Origin: Camelus dromedarius
Lineage: Eukaryota
Direction of reading: 5' to 3'
Length of the DNA stretch: 64,000 nucleotides
Assembly: GCF_036321535.1 (NCBI RefSeq)
Contig: NC_087437.1
Span: 36,458,001 to 36,522,000, forward strand
Shown: in pieces, positions 13,611 to 25,091 of the stretch
Layout of the letters: the number at the start of each line of letters is the position of its first letter
How positions within the stretch are numbered: position 1 is the first letter of the stretch
Notes under the pieces: model-generated
The model's input: the letters and a program-made list of their open reading frames with translations, nothing else
Database searches by the model: none
Told to the model about the DNA's origin: nothing
Position numbers and translations under genes: made by a program

Positions 13611-14002
13611 TTTTAAATTTTTGCAGTTGTATTTAAAGTAGTGAAAGATTAACAAACATAAATGTAGTTCAATTAGAGATTTGTTGAGTGAATTATGGTA
13701 TTTTAACTCTTCAAAGTAGTTTGTAACTCCAAAAATGAATGTGGAATATCTTTATATACGTTTAAAATTGCGTGATCTTCAGGGCATTCTGTTAAGTAGA
13801 AACAATCAAAGTGAACCAGTAGGAATGAAGGAATGGGATAAGAGCATGGGCTTTGGGAGGGGTGATGGGAGATATAGGATGCTCAGGTACATATTACTTA
13901 AGACCTATAAACACTACTCCTTTAGACCTCTAGTCTTTATTCATAGTTGGTTCATAATACTAGAATTTTTCAATCTGTGATTTTTCCTCCAGTGTTGTAT
14001 TT

Positions 14003-14110
14003 ATTTCTTTTTCTTCTTCCCCTCTTCCTTCTCTCCTCCTCCTCTCTCTTTACTGTCTCCTTTCATCCTCCTCTCTTTCTCCTGCTCCTTCTCCTTCTTC
14101 TTTTTGTCTT
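14003..14110. repeat. CT-rich low-complexity tract
   Basis: Imperfect (CTC/CTT)n polypyrimidine run. Confidence 0.85.
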
Positions 14111-14876
14111 CTATTCAGGTGTCTATAGAGAAACCACACTCACTAGGGGATCTGTGCCTATTTAAACTTGAACTTGAACTTCCTCACACACAAAAAAAAT
14201 AAAGGATAGTGTATACTAGGAGAAAGAAAGTGAAGGCATGGATTTCCAGAGCCCTTTTCATTAATCAGGGCATGCTTAGATTATAGATAGTAAACTGCTA
14301 AGATCTCTAGGTGAAATCTTGATTTCAGGCAAGTTCAGGCAAAAGTTTTCAGTGGAGTTTTCATAGCCCATTCAACATGTAGTCAACTTAGGCTGTATAA
14401 CAGGTTAAACTGGGTATACACCATCAGTTAATATATCCCCAAACAATGTACACAAGCAGGACCTTGGAACTGCTAGAAATTCAAACATTTACTAGCACAG
14501 TCTAAATTACTAGTTAGCCTCTCTAATCCTTTCCTTGGCCAAGGGTTGGCACTAGGCACATCACTGTTGCTCAGGATAAGCATACAGCTATCCCAGTGCA
14601 TCCATTTTTCTACTTTACCCATCATTGATATTGACATCTCCTTGTTAAGAACACTGTTATCCAATTTGTCAAATCAATCCAGTAGATTCTTATTATGAAA
14701 TCAACTAAAGCACTATTTATTATGTAGAAATTCTCCAAACATTTTCTGAAAATATAAAAAAATTTTCCATTTCTTTGTAAGTTTATGTAGATTCCAAATA
14801 CCCTAATTGAACATTTATCACTTGCACAGGCAAGAAAATATACACCTTAAAATGTATTAAAGATAATTATACCACA

Positions 14877-15882
14877 GTAGCATCAGGAACACTTAGAGCC
14901 CAATCTGTTTCTAAAACCATTAAGAGGGACCACAACCCATTAGACAAATAGCTGATACTAGGGCTCAGACAGGAAAAATTTAAGATGAGTCTGGAGCATA
15001 ATGAGGTGTCAGAATGTCAGGATGTTTTTAATTGTTTTTAATTGTTTTTAATAACAAAAGAATAAGGGCCTGTGAAAATATGTAGGAGCCAATTAAAATG
15101 CTCCCAATAGCAAAAGGTGAAACAATTTGAGCAACAAAAATTAGCATTAAGTTATAAGCCAAAGTATAAAACCAATATCTATGAGTTCATAATAATGTTG
15201 ATTGAATAAATAAAATGATTTGAAGTCAAGAGACAAATCCTCTTTGTAGAGGAATTCCAAATTCTTCTTGAGGAGTGTGGGCTGTACTTAGTAGGCTTAG
15301 TTCCAAAGAATAGAGTATGGAAAGATAAAAAGATAAGGTAAATTTTGAATGAAGAAACCAGGCGAATAGTACTTTGGTCAGATAAACAAGGTTTAGATTA
15401 TCAGTGAATAGCTTACACCCTGATACAATGTGATAAGAATTGTCCTTCCCCTCTGTGGTGTTCTCCAAAACGCATAACTCCATCTAACCATGAAATAAAC
15501 CGCAGGCAAACCAAATTAAGGGACATTGTCCAAAAATACTTTATCATAACTCCTCAAAACTGTCAATGAAACAAAAATTCTAAGAAAGTGTCACAGTGAA
15601 GATGGAGGAGACATAAGGACTAAACGCAAAGTGGTATATTGAATGCGATCCTGGAGCACAAGGAGGACATGTAGGTGAAACTAGTGAAATCCAGATGAAG
15701 TGTGAAGTTAGTTAATAGCAATGTACTAATATTGGTTCCTTAGTTGTGACAAACGTACTGTACTAATATAAGATGTTAACCATTGGGGGAACTGGGTGAA
15801 GGGTATAGGGAAAGTCACTGTACCACCATTAGAACTTCTCTCTAAATCTAAAAGTCTTGTGAAATTAAAAGTTTATTAAAAA
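14877..15882 (+). mobile_element. LINE-1 3'UTR (L1MC3/L1MC4-like)
   Basis: Motifs aagatgagtctggagcat, gagtgtgggctgtacttagt...ttccaaagaatagagtatggaaag, ctcctcaaaactgtcaa, ttggttccttagttgtgacaaa, ending aaattaaaagtttattaaaaa. Confidence 0.88.
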
Positions 15883-16013
15883 TAATCATTTCCTTAATTT
15901 TTTAACCTTTTAAAGGATTTGTCCCTTATATATAATATGTGCAGTCTATTAATACTATTTATCATTTATTTACAAACCAAATAGGGCACATATATACAAG
16001 TATTAATCTTAAT

Positions 16014-16534
16014 CCATTAGTTTTTCATTGTTGCCTAACAATTTGGTACAGACATAGTGACTTAAAACAATGCCCACTTTTTAGCACATAGTTCTGTAGG
16101 TCGGAAGTCTGGAACATCATGACAAGATCCTCTGGTCAGTGTCTTACTGGGCTGAAATCAAGGTTTTGGTAGGGCTTTGTCCCCATCTGGGGATCTTTCA
16201 AGCTCACTGGCTATCAGAAGAATTTTTCTTGCAGTTGGAAGATTGAGGTCTTCCACTCCTTGCTAGTCATCAGCTGGAGCCAAATTTAGCCTCTAGAGGC
16301 TGCCCACATCCTTACATCCTCATAACATGGTGGCCTCCATTTTCAAGTCAGAAATGGCATGTCCAGTGCCTCTCACTATTTATTCAAATCTTTGATATTA
16401 TGCTCTGCTGCTTTCTGGAAAATCTCCCAGCTTTTAAAGGGCTCATGCAGCAATAATATTCTCAGTTCTCAAGATTAGGGTGGGAAATAATGAGGGGGGC
16501 AATTCTTTAGAATTTTGCTAATACACCTGACCAC
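16014..16534 (-). mobile_element. ERVL-MaLR solo LTR (MLT1D/E-like)
   Basis: gtgacttaaaacaa...agttctgtaggtcggaagtctg...ggctgaaatcaagg...ttcttgcagttggaagattgaggtc...ttagaattttgc...accaca. Confidence 0.85.
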
Positions 16535-19280
16535 AAGACATATTTATTATATGCAGAATATAATATTTCTGCAGAATAGTTTATCCTTAAGCAAAATTTT
16601 TATCTATTTACCTAATTTTATCATCTATAAATCTATATTTTATCTTTTTGTCATTTATCTACCTATATACACAGATACATGTATAATGTTTTCTACATGT
16701 CAATAAAAATAATTCTGGTTGAGAAAAGAATTTAAATTTCTTTCCCTTTTGCATGTATAAAAGAGGAGACTATTACTAATATGTGAATATCTCCAATAAT
16801 TCGGGTAACTTCATTAGGAAGATAAAGAAATTTAATTACTTTCAAGAATCAGGAACTCCCAGACTTAAAACCAAGTAACACAAAAATGAGTATGTCCTTT
16901 CATTTCTTCTGTCAGAGTACTATTTCATTGCTTTTCTGTAAACTTTTATTGATTGTTTCCACATGCCAGAACCTTGACTTCCATATTGGTGTTCTCTAAT
17001 TAGATTCCTGGAGGAACTTGTAATTTCAGTGGGTGGATTTTTATTATGTTGGATTGTGGCAGGGAAGAGTAGACAATCTATGAGTGTCTGAAACTTCGGG
17101 TCTGCTGGGAGGTAGATATTGTTTGTCTATAGTTCTCTCTACTGCCTTCTTCCTGGCAAGACTTAGTGAATACCCAAATTTAATGCTTTGTGCTGGTCTA
17201 GCAACCCTGGATGCTTTCCTTTAAGTGCTTATTAGACTTAATATTCTGTTTGTTTCCTAACATTCAGTTTACATTTCTTGATACTTATTTTGCTTTGTGT
17301 ATTTAACATTGCTTTGTCTTGGACCCCTTCTTCTAGTCTTAGATTACTCAAATAAGAATGTAGACATTTTGAATTTCCCACTGCTTTCCTAGTATGCAGA
17401 TTTAAGATTCAGAACTTTGCCTATTAATGTATTACATTTGTGAAGCTTATCCAAATTACTGAATTTTCAATTATTATCAACTATTCCTGTTTCTTACCTG
17501 CTGGCAAACATTCATAAACATGAACTGACATCCCATATCACCCATATAACTGCAGACCTACATCTGACCACTTTGTAGAGTCATTGTCGATTCAGTGTAA
17601 ATTTCAATTATCTTGCCCTTTATTCCCTGTCATGGGGTTACAGTCATCACCCCATGTAATGTGGTAATAAGTGCAATGTTAACCTCTTGAAACTAAAAAC
17701 TTTGATAGTCAATTTAAACTTCAGCTAAGATTGTGGGAGGTCCACACACAACCTTGTTTCAGATACATATGAAAATTTAATAGAAATATCTATTTTTTTT
17801 TCATTCTCTTAGTCCTTCAATCAGTTTGATCTGGGTATTGAAGAAGGTTGACGAATGTACACGGTTAAGTCCATTGTCTAATCCCCGAGAAGAAAGTTAA
17901 AACTAAGAATGCTCAAGTTACTCAACTGGGTAGTACAATTTTTCACTATAAACCCAGTTAAAATAGCAATATACTTTAATATTCTACTTACAATTTTGAG
18001 CCTTAAGTAGATATATTCATCTTAGAGTTGAACAGTTCATATCTCATGACAAATATAAACGATGATGATCACCACCAGTAGCGTTTAGCAGATGAAAGAA
18101 GTGACAGCAGGAGAGCTTGCTATGTGTCCTGGTACAAAGATTAAGCAATTTTTGTGATGGTAAAGGTTATTCAAAATGGTCAGTAGCTAAATGAAAAATG
18201 ACATTCAGTTCATTTTATTTGGTTCACACTCTAATTTATTGTTGGTCTAAATGTTATACCTATTTTGTTTCATAGATGTCATTTGGAATTTTTGTAGGTG
18301 ATGAGAAACAATTAAATAATATGAATTAAATATTTGAAATAAGATTTGTGCTAAATCTTGCATATATTTTGTACTTTAATTCTAAGATATTCTGTTGTGA
18401 ATATTCTGTATTACTTTGTTTATGAAGAATTGGAGTTTAAGGAACATTGTTTTCTCATAGTTCTTAGGGTAATAGATACCCCACCACTGAATAGAAATCT
18501 TTTGCAAACTAATATTTAATAAGAATCAAAGTTCATTTTCCATTGAGGAAAATAAAAGCATTATTACTCAAATTCAGTGGAGCATCAAAAAATAATATTT
18601 TTTTATTCAGGAAAGAATTGGAAAATAATTTTATTTCCTGCAGCGTATTTTTGTGAATTTTATTAAATAATAACATACATAAAAAAGTGTCAAATCCTAG
18701 GGTCAGTGAATTTCATCAAACGAACACAATCTTTAAGCAGCATCCACAATAAAAATAGAACAGAACCAGTAACTCAGAATCTCTCTCATGTTTTCTTTCC
18801 AGACAAAACTTATCTCATAAGCTAATCACTGTCTTGATTATAACACCATAGATTAGTTGTGTTCATTTTTGTATTTTATATAAATAAAACCATTCTATAT
18901 TTACTCTTTTGTAACTAGCATCTGTCACTCAAAGTAATGTCTGAATGACATAGTTGTGATTTGTTCATTCTACTGACTGTGATATATAATTCACTCTCTA
19001 AATACACTACATTTGTATTTATTCCACAGTTTTTGGATACTTGCACTGTTTCAAATTTTGGGCTATTCCAAATAAGCTTCTGTGATAATTCTTGTACTTA
19101 TCTTTTGACAAATATATGTAAGCATTTCTCTTAGATAAAAATGTAAGATAGGAATTGTCATAGAGTATGATGCTCAGCTTTAGCAAATAGCATAAAACAA
19201 TTTTTCAACTTTGTTGTAGGCCATAACCAGTTATACTCTCTTCCACATTCCTGCCATTTATTTCTTTATTTACTGTTTTT

Positions 19281-19414
19281 AAGAAAGCGATGTTCTGTCA
19301 AAGTTCAGCAAGTGTTCTAAATGGATAGATGGGTCCATGGATGTCACTCTTGGTGCATTTGTGGAAGAGGGTGAGCTAAGAGCATCCTTCTACTCCGCCA
19401 TCTTGGCTGCTCTC
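19281..19414 (-). mobile_element. Lineage-specific L1 5'UTR-only insertion (134 bp) with TSD and no poly(A)
   Basis: Minus strand begins GAGAGCAGCCAAGATGGCGGAGTAGAAGG (YY1-containing L1 start). Flanked by tatttactgttttt (19267-19280) and tatttactattttt (19415-19428). Confidence 0.8.
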
Positions 19415-20012
19415 TATTTACTATTTTTAGCATTCTATTGTATATGTAGTATTGTTGAATCAGTTTAAATATACATTTAGCTGATGACTAATCAAGTTGA
19501 GCACCTTTGAAAAATTTTATTGTCTGTTTATATATCCACTTCTGTGATTTTTTTTCCATTTAAGATTATTTTTGCCTATTTTCATTGGTTTTCAAGAATT
19601 TTTTATATATTCTAGATGTGAGATTGAATGTATCTACTCAAAATATTTTCACCGAATCTGTAGATTGATTTTTCAGTCTCTTAGTAGTGCCTGTTACAAA
19701 TAGTATTTGTTAATGTTTATATTGTTCAATTTATACATTTTAATTTTCCTTTGTAATTTGCTCTTCTCTTGGTCCTATATTTTAATAAATCTTTGCTTAC
19801 TAGTAAGGTCATAAAGATGTTCTATGTGTTTTTCTAAACCCTTTATTGTTTATACATTCACATTTATATTTTTATTCTACCTGGAAATAACTCCTAGTTA
19901 TGCTGTGAAATAGGGGTCAAGATGATTATTTTGTATTTGAATATAATTAATGCAGCACTGCTTTTGAAATGACCGTTCTTTTTCCACCCAACTGCAAAGT
20001 TATCTTTGTCAT

Positions 20013-20497
20013 TGTAGGGGAGGAGACATTTTTCTCTATGCTTCTAGGTTTTGTGGCTGGTCTAATAATCAGATTGACATGAAATAGATTAAAAGAAGAT
20101 AAACAAATTTAATCTTGTATGTATGGAGGTCCCACATATACAGGACTGAAGAAGTGACCAAAGCAGTCTATTTATGTAACTTTTTAGATAAAAAATTCAT
20201 TATTTATGAAGATTAGACAAAACAAGGGGTTTTTGCTTGGGGTAGCAAGTTAACGAAGAAGTAACAAAGTCTATTTATATAGCTTTCCTTGCCTGGAATT
20301 CTCTTATCTATGGTGATAAGAATTCCCTCCATCCTCCAGGCATAGGCAGGATACCTTCCCATGGGAGTTTTTGATTCCTGCTTTCAGGAGAACAAAGAAG
20401 GGTCAGAGTAGTCTTCTTATACTGGCTGTTTCTCATTTCAAAATAATCAGTATGCCACCTTGGCTAATTTTGGGTCAGCCTTTCCCAAGCCCCATCA
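20013..20497 (-). mobile_element. ERV1-class solo LTR (MER34-like start)
   Basis: TG...CA termini (tgtagggg...ccccatca) and a perfect 4-bp TSD TCAT (20009-20012 / 20498-20501). Minus strand starts tgatggggc...cccaaaattagccaaggtggcatactgattattttga. Confidence 0.9.
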
Positions 20498-21139
20498 TCA
20501 TAAATTATTCTATTACATATGTTATGTGTCAGTTTTTGAATCTATATTTTGTTCAAAAAGTGTTCTGAATGACACTACCTTAGCATTTTCCTGATTATTA
20601 CAGTTCTATATATATGTGTATGTATATGCTTATAATATATATAGTATAATATATATAGCACATATGTACAGCATGTCATATTGTTACATACGCTATTTAA
20701 AGTTATTCGTGCTCCTAATACTTAGTATTAACTGTATAACATTTTGATAAATATCCTTCCAGTCAATAAAACACAAATATGCACACCCAGGTACTATATT
20801 TCTAAATCATCTCCAAGCTCTAAACCAAAATTTGGCACAACTTGATGTTTTTCATTAGTACATCTGTGATTTTCTAACTTCGTATTTTAGCCTAACTTTG
20901 ATTTAAAAAGAAAGAAGCATTATATGTTTAAAATAAATGATCTTTGTAGCTTTTTATTTTATTTATAATGGAACCTTGATTATAAACTCTAATTCAAAGA
21001 AGTTTTATGTAACTGAATGTATGCATTTGGTAATATATTAACAAGACTATAAAATCTTAGTGTTACAAACTCCAAGATGGATAGAGTTTAGGAGTGAAGA
21101 GAGCAAGTTGAGTTGTACAGATAGACTTTACGTGGAAAG

Positions 21140-21354
21140 CAGGATTTCTTAACACTAGCACTATTGGTCTTTGAGGCTGAATAACCTCTGCTGAGGCAGA
21201 TAGTCTTGTATATAGTCTTGTGTTTAGCAGAATCCCTGGCCTTTACCGACTAGATGCCAATTGCGTTCCTCAGTGGTGACAACCAAAAATGGCTTCAGAC
21301 ATTACCAGATATATCCTGGAGGAAGTGGAGGATTGCCCTAGGTTGAAAGCACTA
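21140..21354 (-). mobile_element. MER20 non-autonomous hAT-Charlie DNA transposon
   Basis: caggatttcttaacactagcactattg...tgtttagcagaatccctggcct...ctagatgcca...gtgacaaccaaaaatg...cagacatt...ggttgaaagcacta; about 215 bp with degenerate TIRs. Confidence 0.92.
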
Positions 21355-22842
21355 TTGTAGCAAAAGGGTGCAACTTGCTTTGGCTGTAGGCTCATGTATT
21401 CTTCCTCCTGTATCCATGCCTGCAGGCCAGTTGAACGTTACAAGTGAACAATTTGAAGAGACATATAAGGTTTTCTGGGAGGAAATGAAGTGAGGCCCAC
21501 AATCCATTCTTCTGAGAGTCAAAGGGTGTCTTTGATGAACTCATCATGCTCTGACCACAACCTGACAAGAAGATATGGCAGAACCTGAAGATATGTGGAT
21601 AGTATTTGTTATAGGATAGATTTTGTATCTAACTGCATTTCTGATGCTAGAATGTCCCATATCCTGCCACTCTGGGAAAATGTTAACTAAAATTTTGTTA
21701 ATGCCTGCTTCAAATATTGCTGATACATGAAGGTCCAGGTTACATAGGAATGGAAGGGAGATAAAGTGCTTATATGGGTGTAATGATGGGGATATTTGGG
21801 AAATACTGATTTGCCTTGTCTCCCTATGGCACACAAATATCATAAGAAATTACTGATAAATCTGAAGGTGTGATGACAATCATTAGTTTACACATTATCT
21901 CTTACAGTTGTTATGGCCTGTTGAGGGCTTCTAGTGATGGAGAATGGCAGGCCTGGTTGGCTACAGTACTGTGCAGAGACCAGGGCACATATGGCCAGAC
22001 TGCAGGCATCAGCTGTCACAACACTTGGTACAAGGGAAAGTCTTTGCCCTTAGCCAGTTGAATATCTTAATTCTGGTGGCAACATCACTGAGTGGTGGAA
22101 GCATTTAATGAAATGGGGAACAGGACCTTTCAGGTTACTTACATAATCAACTGAACTCTATAAAGCAAGTAATAACCATAAACTAGGGAACTTAGCTCCA
22201 GATTCAGCCTTTCTAGTTTTTGCTTAGTGAAACAAGGCACTACCTGATCAGACTGATCTGTGTTGTACCTTGGAGTATGAGGGTTTTTCGAGGTGTGGTG
22301 AGCTGAGCAGGCAGGTGTTGCAGGAGATAAAATACAAGCTTTCTGTAATTTATGGACAAGGATTCCAGAGTCATTTAATTAGGATACTAAATGAAATGAA
22401 AACACACTTGATTACTGAGCTAATCTGTAGAGTTGGACAAGAGTTACACTAATCCATACCAAATAAGGCTGATAAGCTATTTAAACATTTGTAGTTCACT
22501 TTCTATTTAGATCTGGAAACTCAAGTGGAGAGATTTATGAATTTATTTGTGGTCAGGGTAGGAAATGAGGTAAAAAAGAAAGCATTTCTACTTTGCATAA
22601 TCTTTTACCCTTTCTCTTTTCTGAGTTTGCTTCATCTCTTGTAAGAGCTTAAGAGATTTCAAATCAAAGACCCATCTGTTTTGTAACTCTCACCATGACT
22701 TGGCCAATTGCTGTATTTGAAATTCTCTGGTAATTAAACTAGAGGACTGGATTTGTTCATGCATTTTTGGTTACAACTTTAATGTTTTTTCTCTCTTTTC
22801 AAATTGAATGATAAATTCTGGCTGGCTAGTATAGTTTCGGTC

Positions 22843-22865
22843 TGTGTGTGTGTGTGTGTATGTGT
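22843..22865. repeat. (TG)n microsatellite
   Basis: Short imperfect TG run. Confidence 0.9.
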
Positions 22866-24977
22866 TTGGTTTAATAATCATAAACTAATATGAACTATGC
22901 AGAGATTAAAATAGAAATTGTTATTCCATTACCTTGAATATCTTTCAGGACTATAGGAATATCAGTTTCAAAGCCGGATTAGGTTTATTTGCTCTTGCTT
23001 CAGTTGCATCATTCTCTTTACTGCTATTTTTGTTATTATTTTCTAAAATCTTAAATTTATTTGGTCTCAGTTATAGAGCTTCTGGTTAAAAACTCTTATA
23101 CCATTCAGCTCTTCTTTTTTGGCTCAATTTCATAAATACCAAGTTCACAGATAAACATATATGTGAAGCATAATCTATATAAAACAGAATTATTGGCTGT
23201 TTTCCTATATTAACTTATTTATTATTTATTTAGGGTTTCTTGTTTGTTTTCATTTTTGACAATGAGGGTAGGAGTTAGTGATCAGTTTATGTGGAACAAA
23301 TTATGGCTTTTCTTTCAACTCTGAGTAATCTCTGAAATGGGTTTTTGGGTATTTTTGGTTTTTGTTTTTGTCTTTGTTTTTCATTTTCTAATCACATCCT
23401 TGAGCTCCTTGAATGATGTAATTTCTCACCATTTATATGACTTCCACGCTCATGTTCCCAATTGTATACATAAAGGAAGCTTCAGGAAGTTGTGTAATTT
23501 TCATTAATTAATATTCTGCTGCACTGAGGGTATCATCTCTTAGGGTATGGGCTACAGCAAGCCTTTGGTAGGCAGCACTCCAATTCCCGCTGAGGTCCCT
23601 GTTTAATTCTAGGTGGGTTTCTGAAATAAATAGTAGTCCCTGACACAAAAACTTGGGAACACCCCACTGTCACTCTAGAACTCACAGTTCAGCATCACTT
23701 TTTAGTAATATCTTTGTTATTATCCCTAGGCCTGAAACGTTTGTAGCTAAGAGAGGAAAGAAATGCAACTCCACCCATACATTCTCTGTGTGTGTGTATG
23801 AGTGTGTGTGTGTGTTGGAGGTGAGAGTTTTCTCTCTTTTACATGATTTGTGAATCACATTGAAATGTGGAAAGAATGTGATATTTAATTTAAGAAGACT
23901 TTAAATTTTGTCTTCTCTGCTTTGTATTAAGAAAATGATCAATGGGCAAATACTTTCCTCATCAATATTGCTAAGGTACAATGATTAATATAACTAACTG
24001 TGTTGACAGTAGGAAAATACTAGAATACTTTTATTGTGATAATTGTTTTTTTTTCCTATTATTCTGTGTCAAATGAACATTAATTGAATATGTTGCTAAA
24101 TCTTCATTAAAATTTGCTCTTACTCGTCTTCTGATCAAAAATGATATATATTTTGCATTATAGTTTCCCTCTTTTCTCAGTGTAATTAAAAGCAAAATAT
24201 TTTAAATAGACCAGGCTTCATGTTTCCTTTGAGCCCTTTCAATGTCCTCTGAACACACAGACTATAGGTGAGAGTTAAAATAAACTGCAAATTTTTTTTT
24301 TTTTTTTAGCTATTTGGTGGAGGATTTTATCAGGGTTGCCAAGGATGGTCTTACCATCTAATTTTGATTTGCCTGATATAATAAATTTGCACTTCAAAAC
24401 ACTTAAGCTTAGTTGAGGAACTGTGGGAATATAACTTTAAGGCAATTATGTAGTAGAAATGCCAAACTATAGATCATTTAACCTTGGAGAAATTTGATTA
24501 TATTCTAATGTCATTTGCTTATTTGCATAATGGAAGAAGTATTACAGTTTTGAATTGCATAATGATTTAGACATATGTACTTTATGGTATGCTTCTGAAG
24601 TCAGTGCCAGAAATTAGATATAACTTTTTTATTTATTTTTTAAAAGCTATTTAAGTAAATTGCTGAAGCAGAATTTGGAAAATTAAAATGTATCTTTCAT
24701 CACTCTGTTTTTTAATCAATTTCAATGATTTTATATTATTGCAATATGGCTAGAGTCCTTACCTAGTTACCTTGACATATTGATAAAACTTATTTTACAT
24801 ATTTTGTAAAAGCTAATAATCCTACCTTGTGTCTACATTATATTAAAATACCTGACTGGATAGTAAATTATACCTAGATTTAAAGTTTGAAATTATTTAT
24901 AGTAAGAAGCGTTCTGTTTAGTGAATGAATGTTATATTTCTTCCTCAGATTTATCTGCAAATCATGAAGTACATTAC

Positions 24978-25091
24978 TTTCCCTCCTTCCTTCCCTCCTT
25001 CCCTCTCTCACTCCCTTACTTCCTTCCTCCCTCCCTCCCACTTGCTTTCTTCTTTCTTTCTTTCTTTTCTTTCTTTTCTCTCTTTTTCTTC
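24978..25091. repeat. (CCTT)n/(CTTT)n compound simple repeat
   Basis: Polypyrimidine tetranucleotide runs seen directly. Confidence 0.9.

Larger units (their letters stand above)
18648..20610 (-). mobile_element. Ancient LINE-1 (L1ME-like) hosting two younger insertions
   Basis: Reverse 3' end ttttattaaataataacatacataaaaaagtg...gaatttcatcaaacgaacac; ORF2-end motifs gatgactaatcaagttgagcacctt and aaggtcataaagatgttct. The host reads through both nested inserts. Confidence 0.8.

Noticed and set aside
13947..14165. Hydrophobic ORFs resembling membrane peptides (also 24921-25172)
   Set aside because: Artefacts of CT-rich low-complexity sequence.
15023..15052. 3 x 10-bp tandem tgtttttaat (similar micro-duplications near 21201-21222 and 60501-60528)
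   Set aside because: Ordinary slippage duplications.
24165..24320. Plus-strand acceptor/donor/acceptor motifs (ttttctcag, gtgaga, polyT-ag)
   Set aside because: The implied intron is only about 41 nt and there is no supported reading frame. A non-coding exon cannot be excluded but has no evidence.
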